Below are positions 19,064-28,225 of a stretch of DNA of 64,000 nt, piece by piece (position 1 is the stretch's first letter; each line of letters begins with the position of its first letter). The notes below the pieces were generated by a model, which saw nothing but the letters and a program-made list of their open reading frames with translations, searched no databases and was not told where the DNA came from. The translations under genes and the position numbers were made by a program. Source of the DNA: an uncultured Gemmatimonadales bacterium (GTDB taxonomy: Bacteria > Gemmatimonadota > Gemmatimonadetes > Gemmatimonadales > GWC2-71-9); contig CAVOGR010000002.1 of the NCBI GenBank assembly GCA_963695555.1, positions 486,779 through 550,778 of the forward strand, written 5' to 3'.

Positions 19064-20173
19064 CTATTGTAATCGCGCGAGGATGGTCTGCGCTCGCTGC
19101 TCCACCGAATACGTCTCGAACAATTGCTGAATCGCCGCAGGCTGGATGGGGTAGTCGTGTGCATGATCGAAAGCGTGAGCGAGCTCGTCCGGGCTGTCCG
19201 GGCGGAAGAAGCACACGTGTCGAGCGTCGAACACATCACGATAGGCTGGGGTATCGGACACGATGGAGGTGAGCCCGCTCTCTAAATAATCAACCACCTT
19301 CATCCCCTCCTGCATCGCCACGCCGAAGCGGTACTTGGTCAGTTCGCGCGCGAGAGTTGCTGGCCGCTGCCAGCCATGGAAGGTTAGACGTTCTCCACAC
19401 GGACGCGCTGCCACCTGGCGTTGCAGCTCGGCGATCTGCTCGCGTTCACCACCATACACGTTTACGTGGACATCTGTCTGCACCCGGTCGAGCGCATCCA
19501 ACAAGCAGTCGACGAGCTTGTCTTCCGAGAGACTTCCTGCGTAGACAAAGCCTCGGCCTGTCGTCGGCGCCTCAGCTGGACGACGACGTAGTCCATACCA
19601 CAGGTGCTCAGTATTCCGTAGCGCCAGGTCTCGCCGAGCCAGCGTCATCGAATGCCGGTGAAGGAAGAACAAGCAGTCCGCCTTCCGGTAGACCCGCCGG
19701 ATAAGTGCGACGGACTCGTTCCGTTCTGCGAAGCGCTGTCGGACCTCGGCGTAGGGCGACCCGTCGAGGGGCTCCTTGTTGAAGTATCCCATCTTCTTAT
19801 GAGACTCGAAAAAGATCCTCCGCTGGTGTATCCACCGATAACGGATGAGCCTGCGGGCCATCACGTACGAACGCGTGTAGAACACAGCCCCTTCGGGTGC
19901 GTTGGCCAGGATCTCCCGAAGCGCGAGCGGGAAGGAGAGACCCCGGAGCCTCCTGCCCGGCATGGTTATCACCCGGATTCGCGGTCCGAATTCCACATCG
20001 TAAAAGTCGCGGATTGCTTTGGGCAGTTCTGCTAACGGAACCGAGAGAGAGCCAACGACCAACAACACGTCGGTGTGATTACCGAGTGCGCCTACCGTTC
20101 TCGTGACCTGAATGGAATGGACCCGGGCTGTCGGATAGCCCTCCATGGGTTGGAGGTAAATCAAGGATGGCAT
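19064..20173 (-). CDS. Glycosyltransferase (GT4-like)
   Basis: YPTARVHSIQV, FFESH, FVYAGSL...K, MKVVDYLESG..IVSD.P. Confidence 0.75.
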   Translation of the reverse strand: MPSLIYLQPMEGYPTARVHSIQVTRTVGALGNHTDVLLVVGSLSVPLAELPKAIRDFYDVEFGPRIRVITMPGRRLRGLSFPLALREILANAPEGAVFYTRSYVMARRLIRYRWIHQRRIFFESHKKMGYFNKEPLDGSPYAEVRQRFAERNESVALIRRVYRKADCLFFLHRHSMTLARRDLALRNTEHLWYGLRRRPAEAPTTGRGFVYAGSLSEDKLVDCLLDALDRVQTDVHVNVYGGEREQIAELQRQVAARPCGERLTFHGWQRPATLARELTKYRFGVAMQEGMKVVDYLESGLTSIVSDTPAYRDVFDARHVCFFRPDSPDELAHAFDHAHDYPIQPAAIQQLFETYSVEQRAQTILARLQ

Positions 20174-20213
20174 CACAGTGCCCCCAACTCGAGCGACGGG
20201 ATAGCGCACCACC

Positions 20214-21449
20214 CTAAATGCGCCCGGCAGCGAACGGAGATCCAGGAACCGGACTCAGCGCGCCGGTCTTCGAGTCAATGTGATAGCCGGATACGTCGTT
20301 AGATCCTTCGTTACCGAGGTATGCAAAAATACCAGAGGGCGCCACGATGATTGCCCGCGGCCGAATTCCAGCGGGGAATGGAGAGCCGGGAACGGGAGTC
20401 AACTGTCCCGTGCGTTGGTCCATGGCATAGGCGGATACGTCGTTCGACTTCCTATTCGCTACGTAGATGAACCGGCCGGTCGGATCGATCGTCGGCCATG
20501 CCGGGTGTCGCCCTGTCGGGATTGGTGCTCCGGGAACGGGGACGAGTGCCCCGGTGTCACGATCAATCGCGTATCCACATAAGGTATGGGATTTTTCGTT
20601 CGCCACGTACCCGAACCGGCCCGTTTGATTCACCAGCACTTGGAACGGGCGCCGGCCAGCCTTGAATGGTGTCCCCGGCACGGGCGTGAGGCTGCCGGTC
20701 TCAGGGTCGATGCTATAGGCGGAGACCGCGTTCGATCGCTGATTTGGGACATAGGCGAACAGCCCGGTCGGATCCACCGTCACAAATCGAGGATCCGACC
20801 CTGCCCGAAAGGGTGACCCGGGGGCTGGCACGAGATCGCCCGTTTCCGCGCTGATCCGATAGGCTGAAACGAGCTTCGATCGTTCATGGCACGTGAACGC
20901 GAAGCTGCCTGCCGGGTGGACCATGACCGAACGCGGCCGGGGGCCTGTCGGTACCCGTGAGTCGCCCAACGGCGTCAGTGCTCCACTTATCTGATCCACC
21001 CGAAACGCCGAAATGTCATGAGATCCCCGATTAGCCACGTAGGCAAATCGCCCCTCAGGGTCCAGGCGAGCATTGCGTGGGTTCTTTCCCGTGGGATAGG
21101 GAGATCCCTCGATCTCAACGAGCATCCCATCGTCGGGGTCAATACCATAGGCGGACAGCGTATGGGCCCCCCAATTGGCCGCATACAGGAATCTCCCGGT
21201 CGGATCCACTGTCACGGCTCGCGGATTGACGCCCGATGGAAACGGTGCCCCCGGAACCGCCATGAGCGCTCCGCTTGCCGGATCGATTCTGTAGGCTGAG
21301 ATGTCATTCGACTTCCAGTTTGCCAGATACAGGAAGCGCCCAGTGGGGTCCGTGATGAGCAATCTGGGGCCGAGCCGCTCGGCGACGTAGTCGATCGCGA
21401 GCATCGTTCGTGAGCGGATGGGGTGCTTGCGTCCGGTGTTCGGTGACAC
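20214..21449 (-). CDS. Lactonase-family repetitive beta-propeller protein
   Basis: About 8 tandem ~47-aa repeats DPTGRFxYVANxxSxxVSAYxIDxxTGxLxPVPGxPF; no signal peptide. Confidence 0.85.
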   Translation of the reverse strand: MSPNTGRKHPIRSRTMLAIDYVAERLGPRLLITDPTGRFLYLANWKSNDISAYRIDPASGALMAVPGAPFPSGVNPRAVTVDPTGRFLYAANWGAHTLSAYGIDPDDGMLVEIEGSPYPTGKNPRNARLDPEGRFAYVANRGSHDISAFRVDQISGALTPLGDSRVPTGPRPRSVMVHPAGSFAFTCHERSKLVSAYRISAETGDLVPAPGSPFRAGSDPRFVTVDPTGLFAYVPNQRSNAVSAYSIDPETGSLTPVPGTPFKAGRRPFQVLVNQTGRFGYVANEKSHTLCGYAIDRDTGALVPVPGAPIPTGRHPAWPTIDPTGRFIYVANRKSNDVSAYAMDQRTGQLTPVPGSPFPAGIRPRAIIVAPSGIFAYLGNEGSNDVSGYHIDSKTGALSPVPGSPFAAGRI

Positions 21450-21502
21450 GGTTCTCCCGACGAGTAAGTTGCCCGTGGTGATTGCAGTCGTTGTGTCGCC
21501 GT

Positions 21503-22525
21503 CTATACCAAGGAACAGATCCGCCGCTCGAATTCCTCTCCGTCCCAGTTGCCGACGTAGACTCGAGGTAGGTCGTAGAGGTCCTCTCCCGGATGTATCA
21601 TCTTGTCAACGGTCGAGCAGGCCGACGTGAATCCGGCGCTTTGTACCAGTCTTGCCGAGCCCCCTACATCTCCATAGGGATATGCAAAGCACTCAACCGC
21701 AGCACCGAGGGCGTTTTGGAGAAACCCCTTGCTGTCCTGAATTTCCCGCCTCTGCTCGGCCTCTGGCAATCTGGAGAGGGGGCGATGTGTCACCGAGTGG
21801 GCTCCCACGTCGAGCAAGGCTCCATCCACGAGCCGTATCAACTCGTCTTGGGTCAAGACCCGGTGGGTCGGGCGGATGACCGGCTCCGTCTCGGCCCAGT
21901 TGAACAGCGTCCGGAGGAGGGCAGCGCGAGAGGATTCCTCCAGTGGTTGAAGCAATTTGAACAGCCGTCGAAACAGGCGATGACGGCCCGTGGGCCTGGT
22001 GCGTCGCCGCCAATTCCACGAACGATGGCGGGCGTAGGCGCTCTCAGTGTATCGGGCCGCCCGACCGAGCTTCCATGCGTGTGGTACTCCATCGATGTCC
22101 AGGCGAAGGGTGTTGGGCAGGGTGCCCGGCTGGAGCAACAGCTGCTCGAGCTCGTCCCACCAAAATTCCCGTCCCCGCCCAATGTAACCCGTCGTCACGA
22201 ACACGGTGGCGGGAATCTCGTATTGTTCCAACGCGGGTTTCGCTTCCCAGAGGTTGTCCGCATAGCCATCGTCGAGGGTGACCACGACGCCGCTCTCCGG
22301 GAGAGTTCCTTGGCTCAGGGCCCGCACCATGCTGCCCAACGGGTACGTGCGATAGCGAGATCGTATGATCTCCAGGTGTTCACGAAACGCCCGGGGGTGG
22401 ACTGCGACCGCGTGCGGGTCGCTCTCCAGGTCGGCGATTCGGTGATAGCGGAGCACGACCACTCCGGGTTGCCGTCGGTTTCTCGCTCCGCGAAAGGCCG
22501 TTGCCAGCTTGCCAGGCATCGACAT
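21503..22525 (-). CDS. Polysaccharide deacetylase (NodB/CE4)
   Basis: LRYHRI, TLDDGY, GAHSVTH, FAYPYG, LPR. Confidence 0.9.
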   Translation of the reverse strand: MSMPGKLATAFRGARNRRQPGVVVLRYHRIADLESDPHAVAVHPRAFREHLEIIRSRYRTYPLGSMVRALSQGTLPESGVVVTLDDGYADNLWEAKPALEQYEIPATVFVTTGYIGRGREFWWDELEQLLLQPGTLPNTLRLDIDGVPHAWKLGRAARYTESAYARHRSWNWRRRTRPTGRHRLFRRLFKLLQPLEESSRAALLRTLFNWAETEPVIRPTHRVLTQDELIRLVDGALLDVGAHSVTHRPLSRLPEAEQRREIQDSKGFLQNALGAAVECFAYPYGDVGGSARLVQSAGFTSACSTVDKMIHPGEDLYDLPRVYVGNWDGEEFERRICSLV

Positions 22526-22596
22526 CAACTCCAATTTTACGAGGCTCTTGCAGCCGATATCTTTCCTTACGTTCCTGTCCACCTTCGGGAAAGTCA

Positions 22597-23451
22597 ATGC
22601 CCTGGCGCTCCTATTTCAAGCGACGTGAAGCATTTGCGAACCGCGAAGGGGTGCCGGAATATGATTTCTCCCTCAGTCGGTCTCGTACTGTCCCGGGCGT
22701 AAGCGCCATGGTGCGGGTGAAGAACGAAGCGCAGAAGATCTCGTACTGCCTCCGGTCGATTCTTCCGGTGTTCGACGAGGTGATCCTGGTCGATAACGCG
22801 AGCGACGATGGGACGCTCGACATTGTCCGAGACCTGTCGCAGCGACATCCCCTGGCAGGAAAGATCCGGTTGCTTGCATATCCCTATCGATTGGCGCGGT
22901 TTGGATCCGAGCATGCCGCCACCCCGGACGACTCTCTTCACAGCGCCGTTTACTATACCAACTGGACACTATCGCACTGCACGCGCCGGTATGTGTGCAA
23001 GTGGGATGGCGACATGGTCCTCGTGGGGGAGAAGAGGGCAGCGTTCCAAAGCCTCCTCCATGGCATCCAGTCAGGGAGGCCTGCGTGCTGGACCTTGTCG
23101 GGCCAAACCGTGTATCGCGACAAACATGGAAACTTTTATCTTGCACGGGGAGAGATCAACAAGGAGATAGAGATTTTTCCCTATAGTCTCCTGTGCCGGT
23201 TCAGGAAGCGTCCTTACCTGGAGAGCCTGCAGCGCCCAGTGATCTTTCCCAAGAGAGACTTCTCCCCAGTCTGTTTCTTCGAGTTGAAGTTTGTCGATGA
23301 AGACGAATTCTCCCACTGGTCGGATCGGAATTGGCCGAGCGAACGCAAGCGACGCGAGTGGGCCAACTACCAACTGGTCCGTGACGGCCGAGTGAGCGTC
23401 GAACGATTCGAGCCCCTCGAACGGACATTTCTTGACGACCAGGTCCTGTAG
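22597..23451 (+). CDS. Glycosyltransferase family 2 (CgtA-like)
   Basis: VSAMVRVKNE, VDNASDDGT, YYTNW, KWDGD. Confidence 0.8.
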   Translation: MPWRSYFKRREAFANREGVPEYDFSLSRSRTVPGVSAMVRVKNEAQKISYCLRSILPVFDEVILVDNASDDGTLDIVRDLSQRHPLAGKIRLLAYPYRLARFGSEHAATPDDSLHSAVYYTNWTLSHCTRRYVCKWDGDMVLVGEKRAAFQSLLHGIQSGRPACWTLSGQTVYRDKHGNFYLARGEINKEIEIFPYSLLCRFRKRPYLESLQRPVIFPKRDFSPVCFFELKFVDEDEFSHWSDRNWPSERKRREWANYQLVRDGRVSVERFEPLERTFLDDQVL

Positions 23452-23478
23452 GCGACCCCACCCTAGCCGGGAATCCTC

Positions 23479-24369
23479 ATGACGCGTACTGCTCCGCCCA
23501 CCCCCGCAGGCGTCAGTGCGGCAAAGCTCTGGTTCAAACGGTGGAAGCGGCAATTGGGATACTATGACGCCCGCCGCCACGTCTGGCGGGGGTTGTTTCG
23601 CCGGTCGCTCCGTCCAACGGATGTGTTCCTCGTCGGTCACCCCAAGTCCGGCAATACGTGGTTGGCATATATGTTGGCCATCGCGCTCTTTCGCGACCAT
23701 ACGCACGACGTCACTCTGATGAATGTGCGGCAGTACGTGCCATACGTGCATGGGAAGGATCACCGCATCGCGAGGTATCGTCATCTCCCTGACCCTCGCG
23801 TCTTTCGCAACGAGTACCCAAACTATCGGGACCTGTATCCCAAGATCATCTACTTGATGAGGGATCCGCGCGCCGTGCTTCCGTCCTTGTGGCACATGTA
23901 CCGGGTGATCTTCGATGATACGCGCATGACCTTGGAATCGTTTGTCTCCCAGTACATGGCCATGAGCGGATGCTTTACCGTCTGGAATCAGGACCTCGTC
24001 CGATGGGATCGCCAAGTCCGGCAGGCCATGACGGACGAGGCGCACGATCCACGCATCGTGATTGTGAAGTTCGAGGATCTCGTCCATGACCGGCGCGCGA
24101 CCCTGGAACGCCTCCTGCTGTTCCTCGGGGTCTCCCGTGAAGGAGAGGACCTCGACCATGCCGCGAAGCGCGGGAGCTTCGACGCCATGCAGCGGCTCGA
24201 AGACCAGCATGGCGCGGAAGCGTATCGTGGTCGAGCAACAGGCCACGGGCGCTTCATCCGCGTTGGTGAGATCGATAGCTGGCGGCGAGAGGTTGATCCG
24301 GCGCTCGTAGCGACGGTCGAACGGGAATTCGCACCGGTGATGCAGCTGGCTGGGTACCTACCAGAGTGA
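23479..24369 (+). CDS. Sulfotransferase domain protein (Sulfotransfer_1)
   Basis: DVFLVGHPKSGNTW, IYLMRDPR, KFEDL, SFDAM, FIRVG.I.SW. Confidence 0.9.
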   Translation: MTRTAPPTPAGVSAAKLWFKRWKRQLGYYDARRHVWRGLFRRSLRPTDVFLVGHPKSGNTWLAYMLAIALFRDHTHDVTLMNVRQYVPYVHGKDHRIARYRHLPDPRVFRNEYPNYRDLYPKIIYLMRDPRAVLPSLWHMYRVIFDDTRMTLESFVSQYMAMSGCFTVWNQDLVRWDRQVRQAMTDEAHDPRIVIVKFEDLVHDRRATLERLLLFLGVSREGEDLDHAAKRGSFDAMQRLEDQHGAEAYRGRATGHGRFIRVGEIDSWRREVDPALVATVEREFAPVMQLAGYLPE

Positions 24370-24540
24370 GCCGCCACAGACGTATGTGTTCGCGCGTATC
24401 CCTTTCGATGCCCATGCCCCGATTTCAGAGGCCTATCCTCGTTGGACTCGGTCCGAGAACACGTCAGCCCTGGACTGCGTGACTATGTCGAGCGAGTCGG
24501 AAACCATGGCCGTGCGTCGGGTACTCCAGGGGGGGCGGCC

Positions 24541-25680
24541 GTGAGCCGGCAACGACTCCTAGCCGTCACGGGCGTAGCCCCATGGCCGCTGCGCGGTGGG
24601 TTCTCTCTGAGAGCGGCACATCTCCTCACACACCTTGCCAGCGAGTGGGATATCACGCTGGTCGCGGCGTGCGAATTGGATCGCGCCGCTATCCCGTGGC
24701 CGGCGTCGGATGCTCACGAGGTGGTCACGGTGCCGCTCGTTGAGCGATGGACTCCAGTGCCCAGCCGCCGGGCGGACATGCAACCATTGCGTGAGGCGGT
24801 CAACACGATACTCGCAACCCGCAGACCTGACGCGGCACTCCTCTGGAATGGAGCTGAGTTCCTTGCGTTCGATCGAAGTCACTTTCCCCGTACTGTCGTC
24901 GATCGAATCGATTGCGGGACCCTGGAATGGTTCCGTGCAGTCAGGTATGCGCCGTGGTCGATCGGACGAGCCATGCGATGTGCCCGATATGAACGAAGGG
25001 TCGTGCGCTCGCTCGATGCCACGATCGTGGTAGGCCAGGATGATGCACGAGCACTCGAACGAGTGTCGGGTACCAAGCGCGTGGTGGTCATACCGAATGG
25101 GGTCGACGCGCAGCCGTCACCCCGGTTCAACGCCGAAGGCCCGCGGCCCACTATTGCGTTCAGCGGAACTCTCTCCTATTACGCAAACATCGATGCTGTC
25201 CGATACTTCCTACGGCGTCAGTGGCCTGCCATTCGGCGAGCAGTTCCAGACGCGCGATTCCTGATCATCGGGCGGAACCCAGGGAGACGGGTCCTCGCAG
25301 TGAGCAATCTCCCCGGTGTCGAGCTACGCGCTGACGTTCCAGACATGGCAGGCGCGCTACAGGAATCGTGGGTCGCCGTGGCACCGATGCGGCGTGGTAC
25401 CGGGGTGAAGAACAAAGTTCTCGAAGCTTGGGCGGCCGGCCGGCCGGCGGTGATGACGCCGTTGGCATCCAATGGCATCCATCTCGACGGTTGCTTGAAC
25501 GATCTCGTGGCAGAGAATGAACGGGCATTCAGGGAGCGCGTCATTCATCTGCTCCTCAATGACAAACTCCGTCATAGCTATGGCTTGGCAGCACACGCCC
25601 AAGTGGCTGCGCGGCACTCATGGCGGGAGAGTGGGGAGGCGGTTTCGAGATTATTACGTGGAGTGGGGAGTCCTCGATAG
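24541..25680 (+). CDS. Glycosyltransferase family 4
   Basis: PWPLRGG..LR, VIPNGVD, FSGTLSY.AN, GTGVKNKVLEAWAAG; GTG start inferred. Confidence 0.88.
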   Translation: MSRQRLLAVTGVAPWPLRGGFSLRAAHLLTHLASEWDITLVAACELDRAAIPWPASDAHEVVTVPLVERWTPVPSRRADMQPLREAVNTILATRRPDAALLWNGAEFLAFDRSHFPRTVVDRIDCGTLEWFRAVRYAPWSIGRAMRCARYERRVVRSLDATIVVGQDDARALERVSGTKRVVVIPNGVDAQPSPRFNAEGPRPTIAFSGTLSYYANIDAVRYFLRRQWPAIRRAVPDARFLIIGRNPGRRVLAVSNLPGVELRADVPDMAGALQESWVAVAPMRRGTGVKNKVLEAWAAGRPAVMTPLASNGIHLDGCLNDLVAENERAFRERVIHLLLNDKLRHSYGLAAHAQVAARHSWRESGEAVSRLLRGVGSPR

Positions 25681-25703
25681 GGAGTCGGGCTGCGATGGTG
25701 CGG

Positions 25704-26492
25704 TCACCACGTGTCGCCAGTTTCGTACCCCAGCTTGATCAGCAGGTGCCCGTAGCGCTGTCGAAAGATCGATTGCGCTCGTCCTACGAGATGATTCTTC
25801 CAATCGCCCGGGGTGCCAGTGCGATAATGGTTAGTTTCCACCTCCGGGTTCCTGGCCTGCCACTCGGCCTGTAGCTGCCCGAAACTATGCCGCTGCAGTA
25901 TGGCGCTCAGGTCACTTGTCGTCACGGAGATGCCCAAGAATGCGAATATCGCCTCAAACTCTCCAGCCGCGTTCTGGGTCAGTCGCTCAAAGGAGGTCTC
26001 GTAGAATCGTTCTGCGTGGAAGTCCCAGTCGGCCAGCTCACGGATGATCCTTTGGAAGAACTCTGATTCGTCCATCAGGTAGATCAGCCCATCACATACG
26101 TCCATGTGCGACAGTTGCTTGCGGTTACGCTTGATCTCGGCGTGATTGACCCGATGGCTGTCGCGATGCGAATAATACATGGACACGAGGATGTCGCGCG
26201 GGTCGCGAATTACATGAAAGCCTCGCCCGCTGACCGTCGAGAGATCCAGCATGTTGCGCGAGTAATCGGTGAGTAGTAGGAAATCCGTCGATCGGATCGT
26301 CCATCGCCGCACCTTGCGATGCCGTGAGTCGAAAGTGGCCGTGCGGAGGCCGTGGATCTGGCAGACCGCTCGGATGACCCTCGCGGTGTACAGTGTCGCG
26401 CACTTGTGGTAACTCACATACAGGTAGGTTTCTCGTCCGCGGTGTCGGAAGATCGAGGACGCCAGAGGCCGTCGGGCCGGCATTGTGTTCAT
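25704..26492 (-). CDS. Sulfotransferase domain protein
   Basis: SYHKCAT PSB variant, HVIRDPRDILVSMYYSH, HYRTGTPGDWKNH. Confidence 0.82.
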   Translation of the reverse strand: MNTMPARRPLASSIFRHRGRETYLYVSYHKCATLYTARVIRAVCQIHGLRTATFDSRHRKVRRWTIRSTDFLLLTDYSRNMLDLSTVSGRGFHVIRDPRDILVSMYYSHRDSHRVNHAEIKRNRKQLSHMDVCDGLIYLMDESEFFQRIIRELADWDFHAERFYETSFERLTQNAAGEFEAIFAFLGISVTTSDLSAILQRHSFGQLQAEWQARNPEVETNHYRTGTPGDWKNHLVGRAQSIFRQRYGHLLIKLGYETGDTW

Positions 26493-26579
26493 GGAGCCGG
26501 GGCAGCCGCTCGATGGGCACGTGTTGGGGGCGTCAATGGACCGTTCAGCCGCCGAGTTGCATGGATTGGGAAACCCATC

Positions 26580-26900
26580 TCAAACGGAGGGAGCATCCGG
26601 AGGGTGATCGGTGAGTGAGCGGGTGGCGGCCAACCGGCTCCGCCAACCGATCCGAAGTTTTCCTCCAACGAGTTGGCCCGCGAAGAAGCTCCCAACAAAA
26701 AGCGGCAGTGTGCTCAAGCGCCATCCCACGCCCACGAGTAGCCGCAGTCCGATTGCGATGGGAACGGGAGCGTGTACCGCCACGAACCATCGGGGACTGA
26801 ATTTCTTGAGCCCGGCCCGCCAGAATCCGAACGGGAGGTTCTCGATTAGGACGAGAGCCGCCACCACCAGCGTGCGATGCGAGCCCATCAACGTGACCAT
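26580..26900 (-). CDS. Small membrane protein
   Basis: NLPFGFWRAG.KKFS..WFVAVHAPVP; three hydrophobic segments. Confidence 0.7.
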   Translation of the reverse strand: MVTLMGSHRTLVVAALVLIENLPFGFWRAGLKKFSPRWFVAVHAPVPIAIGLRLLVGVGWRLSTLPLFVGSFFAGQLVGGKLRIGWRSRLAATRSLTDHPPDAPSV

Positions 26901-26936
26901 TCGTTTCTCCGTCGTCGTTCCGCTGCCCGTAGCCGC

Positions 26937-27410
26937 CTAGGCGAGCTGCACCAGATCCGCGGGCGTGACGTCCACCGCCTGAGCGAACCCGCCAACGTAC
27001 CGTCCCTTCGAGCATCGCAGGCGGTACAGCTCGAAGTCACCAAGCTGGAAGGTCGGTTCGCTCGTGGGGAAGCGCTCGAGGTAGCGCCGCTGGCCGTCGC
27101 GGTACGCCTCTGTGCCCTTGTCGACCAGTTCCACCACTCCCTGCAGGGTCACGCGGGGGATCTGTAACGGATCCGCCCCGGGCCGGTCGGGTTGGTGCAT
27201 GACCGTGCTGAACGGCGCTCCCGGCGTGAGGCCGCGCGTATGTCGAGCCAGTTGCGAGGCGTGCACCAGCACGGCCCCTTCTTCAGGTACAAAGACATAC
27301 GGCAGGAGGCCGGCATACGGCTTCCCATCGACCAACACCGAGATTGCCAGAATGCGCTGACCCGTGAGGAGATCGCGCAACTGGACTCGCTGTTCCGGTG
27401 TCATCCACAC
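26937..27410 (-). CDS. Pyridoxamine 5'-phosphate oxidase/HugZ-like split-barrel protein
   Basis: GKPYAGLLPY, SQLARHT, PRVTLQG, YLERFP, GRYVGGF. Confidence 0.8.
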   Translation of the reverse strand: MWMTPEQRVQLRDLLTGQRILAISVLVDGKPYAGLLPYVFVPEEGAVLVHASQLARHTRGLTPGAPFSTVMHQPDRPGADPLQIPRVTLQGVVELVDKGTEAYRDGQRRYLERFPTSEPTFQLGDFELYRLRCSKGRYVGGFAQAVDVTPADLVQLA

Positions 27411-27459
27411 ACTCCGTGACCGAGGGCAGCAGGCGCAGCGCGCATCCGAGGAGCCACGA

Positions 27460-27927
27460 TCATGATGCCTCGGCGGCTCGGCGCGCCTGGGACAAGTACG
27501 CCGGCTCCAGCTCCAGCAGCTTCGCGAGTTTGCGGATCAGGTAGGCTTCGTGCTGCGCGAGTTCTTGATCGGCTAGGATAACGCCCCACATGACTTCGGC
27601 GAGCACCATCCGTTGTCCGAGATCGTAGTGGTCGACGATCAGGCGGGTGAATTGGAAATGGTCGATGGAGTGGGCTCGCTCGGCCTCGGCCAATTCTATG
27701 AGCTCTCGGGCTGTGGCTTGATCCAACCCGAAGTGTCGGTCGAGAGCACCCTCGATGTGGGCCCGCTCCGGATCGCTGAACTCCCCGTCGGCGTGGGCCA
27801 ACTCGAGAAGCAACGCACACGCCGCAAGCCGGACCTCTTGGGTGGCGGCCCGTGCTGGCACGTCCGGGCTGGTATGCGCGGTACGCTGGATGCGTTGGGT
27901 TACGAAACTACGGATGGCGTCGAGCAT
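27460..27927 (-). CDS. TerB family protein
   Basis: ALLLELAHADG.FS..E...ADQEL..HE..LIRKLA.LL. Confidence 0.85.
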   Translation of the reverse strand: MLDAIRSFVTQRIQRTAHTSPDVPARAATQEVRLAACALLLELAHADGEFSDPERAHIEGALDRHFGLDQATARELIELAEAERAHSIDHFQFTRLIVDHYDLGQRMVLAEVMWGVILADQELAQHEAYLIRKLAKLLELEPAYLSQARRAAEAS

Positions 27928-27942
27928 CGAACGAGCAGGAAG

Positions 27943-28119
27943 CTAGAATTCCCTGCGCTTCATCTCTTTGAACAGCCGTTCGGTTTCTGCGCTGTCCTCG
28001 TCCGTCCGTTTGCGGAGGGTATCGTCGAACTTTGCCGCCCGTTCCTGGGTTGGGGGTTTGATCTTGGCGGCGTTCTTCTTGGCCAGCGCCGCGATCCGCT
28101 TATCGTCCTGTTTGGTCAT
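27943..28119 (-). CDS. 58-aa charged small protein (absent from ORF track)
   Basis: Hand translation MTKQDDKRIAALAKKNAAKIKPPTQERAAKFDDTLRKRTDEDSAETERLFKEMKRREF*; GGGG RBS; fills the gap before the TerB gene. Confidence 0.65.
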   Translation of the reverse strand: MTKQDDKRIAALAKKNAAKIKPPTQERAAKFDDTLRKRTDEDSAETERLFKEMKRREF

Positions 28120-28225
28120 GGTGTCCCCGATCCTGATGTCTCAGCCGTCGGCCTTCCGAGCGGACCCCCACGGGTCCGCATGCTTCAATAATACCCGATT
28201 GCCCTATCTGCCGCCTCCCGGAGCT

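Noticed and set aside
20214..21449. CRISPR-like or tandem DNA repeat array
   Set aside because: The periodicity is from protein-coding propeller repeats with codon-level divergence; no cas genes
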